A stretch of 64,000 nt of DNA from the NCBI GenBank assembly GCA_003056285.1, contig NDWU01000003.1, positions 5,522-69,521 on the forward strand, read 5' to 3'. The notes under the pieces are model-generated. The model ran no database searches and was not told where the DNA came from. It saw only the letters and a program-made list of their open reading frames with translations. Below, piece by piece: positions 63,901 through 64,000 of the stretch. Source of the DNA: Candidatus Terraquivivens tikiterensis (lineage in GTDB: Archaea > Thermoproteota > Nitrososphaeria_A > Caldarchaeales > Wolframiiraptoraceae). Made by a program: the position numbers and the translations under genes. Each line of letters opens with the position of its first letter. Position 1 is the first letter of the stretch.

Positions 63901-64000
63901 TTGAGCGAGTTCAGGCTAATACCAAAGACTATGTCAACGCAGCACCCCGATAACGCCTCCATACCTCCCTGGTGTGATTCAGAGGTGATAGAAGGCGAGA
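63901..64000 (+). CDS. archaeal-type phosphoenolpyruvate carboxylase (5' fragment, continues beyond the window)
   Basis: [33 protein letters not shown] matches the conserved IP+.MSTQHPDN...SEVIEGE N-terminus of atPEPC. TTG start inferred. Confidence 0.6.
   Translation, partial: MSEFRLIPKTMSTQHPDNASIPPWCDSEVIEGE

Overview
64-kb archaeal chromosomal segment, about 50% GC. TACK/Thermoproteota-like signature: split PheRS alpha/beta, DGGGP synthase, ABCE1, group II chaperonin, archaeal-type PEP carboxylase, tRNA genes with canonical and non-canonical introns, AT-rich TATA-like promoters, and many ATGA start/stop overlaps. About 60 protein genes on both strands, mostly housekeeping: speH-speE, TyrRS, PheRS, AsnRS, pgk-gap, two glutamate dehydrogenases, LutC/LutBA-like proteins, PduO adenosyltransferase, PGI/PMI, leucyl aminopeptidase, DnaK-DnaJ, ThiL, two GT2 glycosyltransferases and a TauE exporter. 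Two intron-containing tRNAs: Leu-TAG, and Lys-CTT with two introns. Non-standard content: (1) at 16.8-18.0 kb a DUF134-like regulator is divergently paired with three tightly packed tiny genes. One encodes a 92-aa protein that is 40% Trp/Tyr/Phe with no acidic residue, one an aromatic/Pro-rich coiled-coil protein, one a zinc ribbon with an RGG-like tail. This looks like an uncharacterised DUF134/DUF5320-type module and may be linked to the MinD-like Fe-S ATPase pair plus radical SAM gene at 0-2.5 kb. (2) A 322-aa intein interrupts ABCE1 inside a CxxCxxC Fe-S motif. (3) At least 9 copies (46-529 nt) of an IS200/IS605-derived non-autonomous element sit in nearly every long spacer, with IS608-like TTAC...TCAA boundaries and terminal hairpins. 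The window also holds three decayed TnpB remnants and no intact transposase. (4) A divergent thermosome paralog has degenerate ATPase motifs. (5) There are unannotated mini-ORFs (poly-Glu/Phe 43 aa, Lys-rich 34 aa), perfect 28-30 nt palindromes, a candidate structured RNA, and a decaying molybdate-type ABC operon. No CRISPR array or rRNA was seen.
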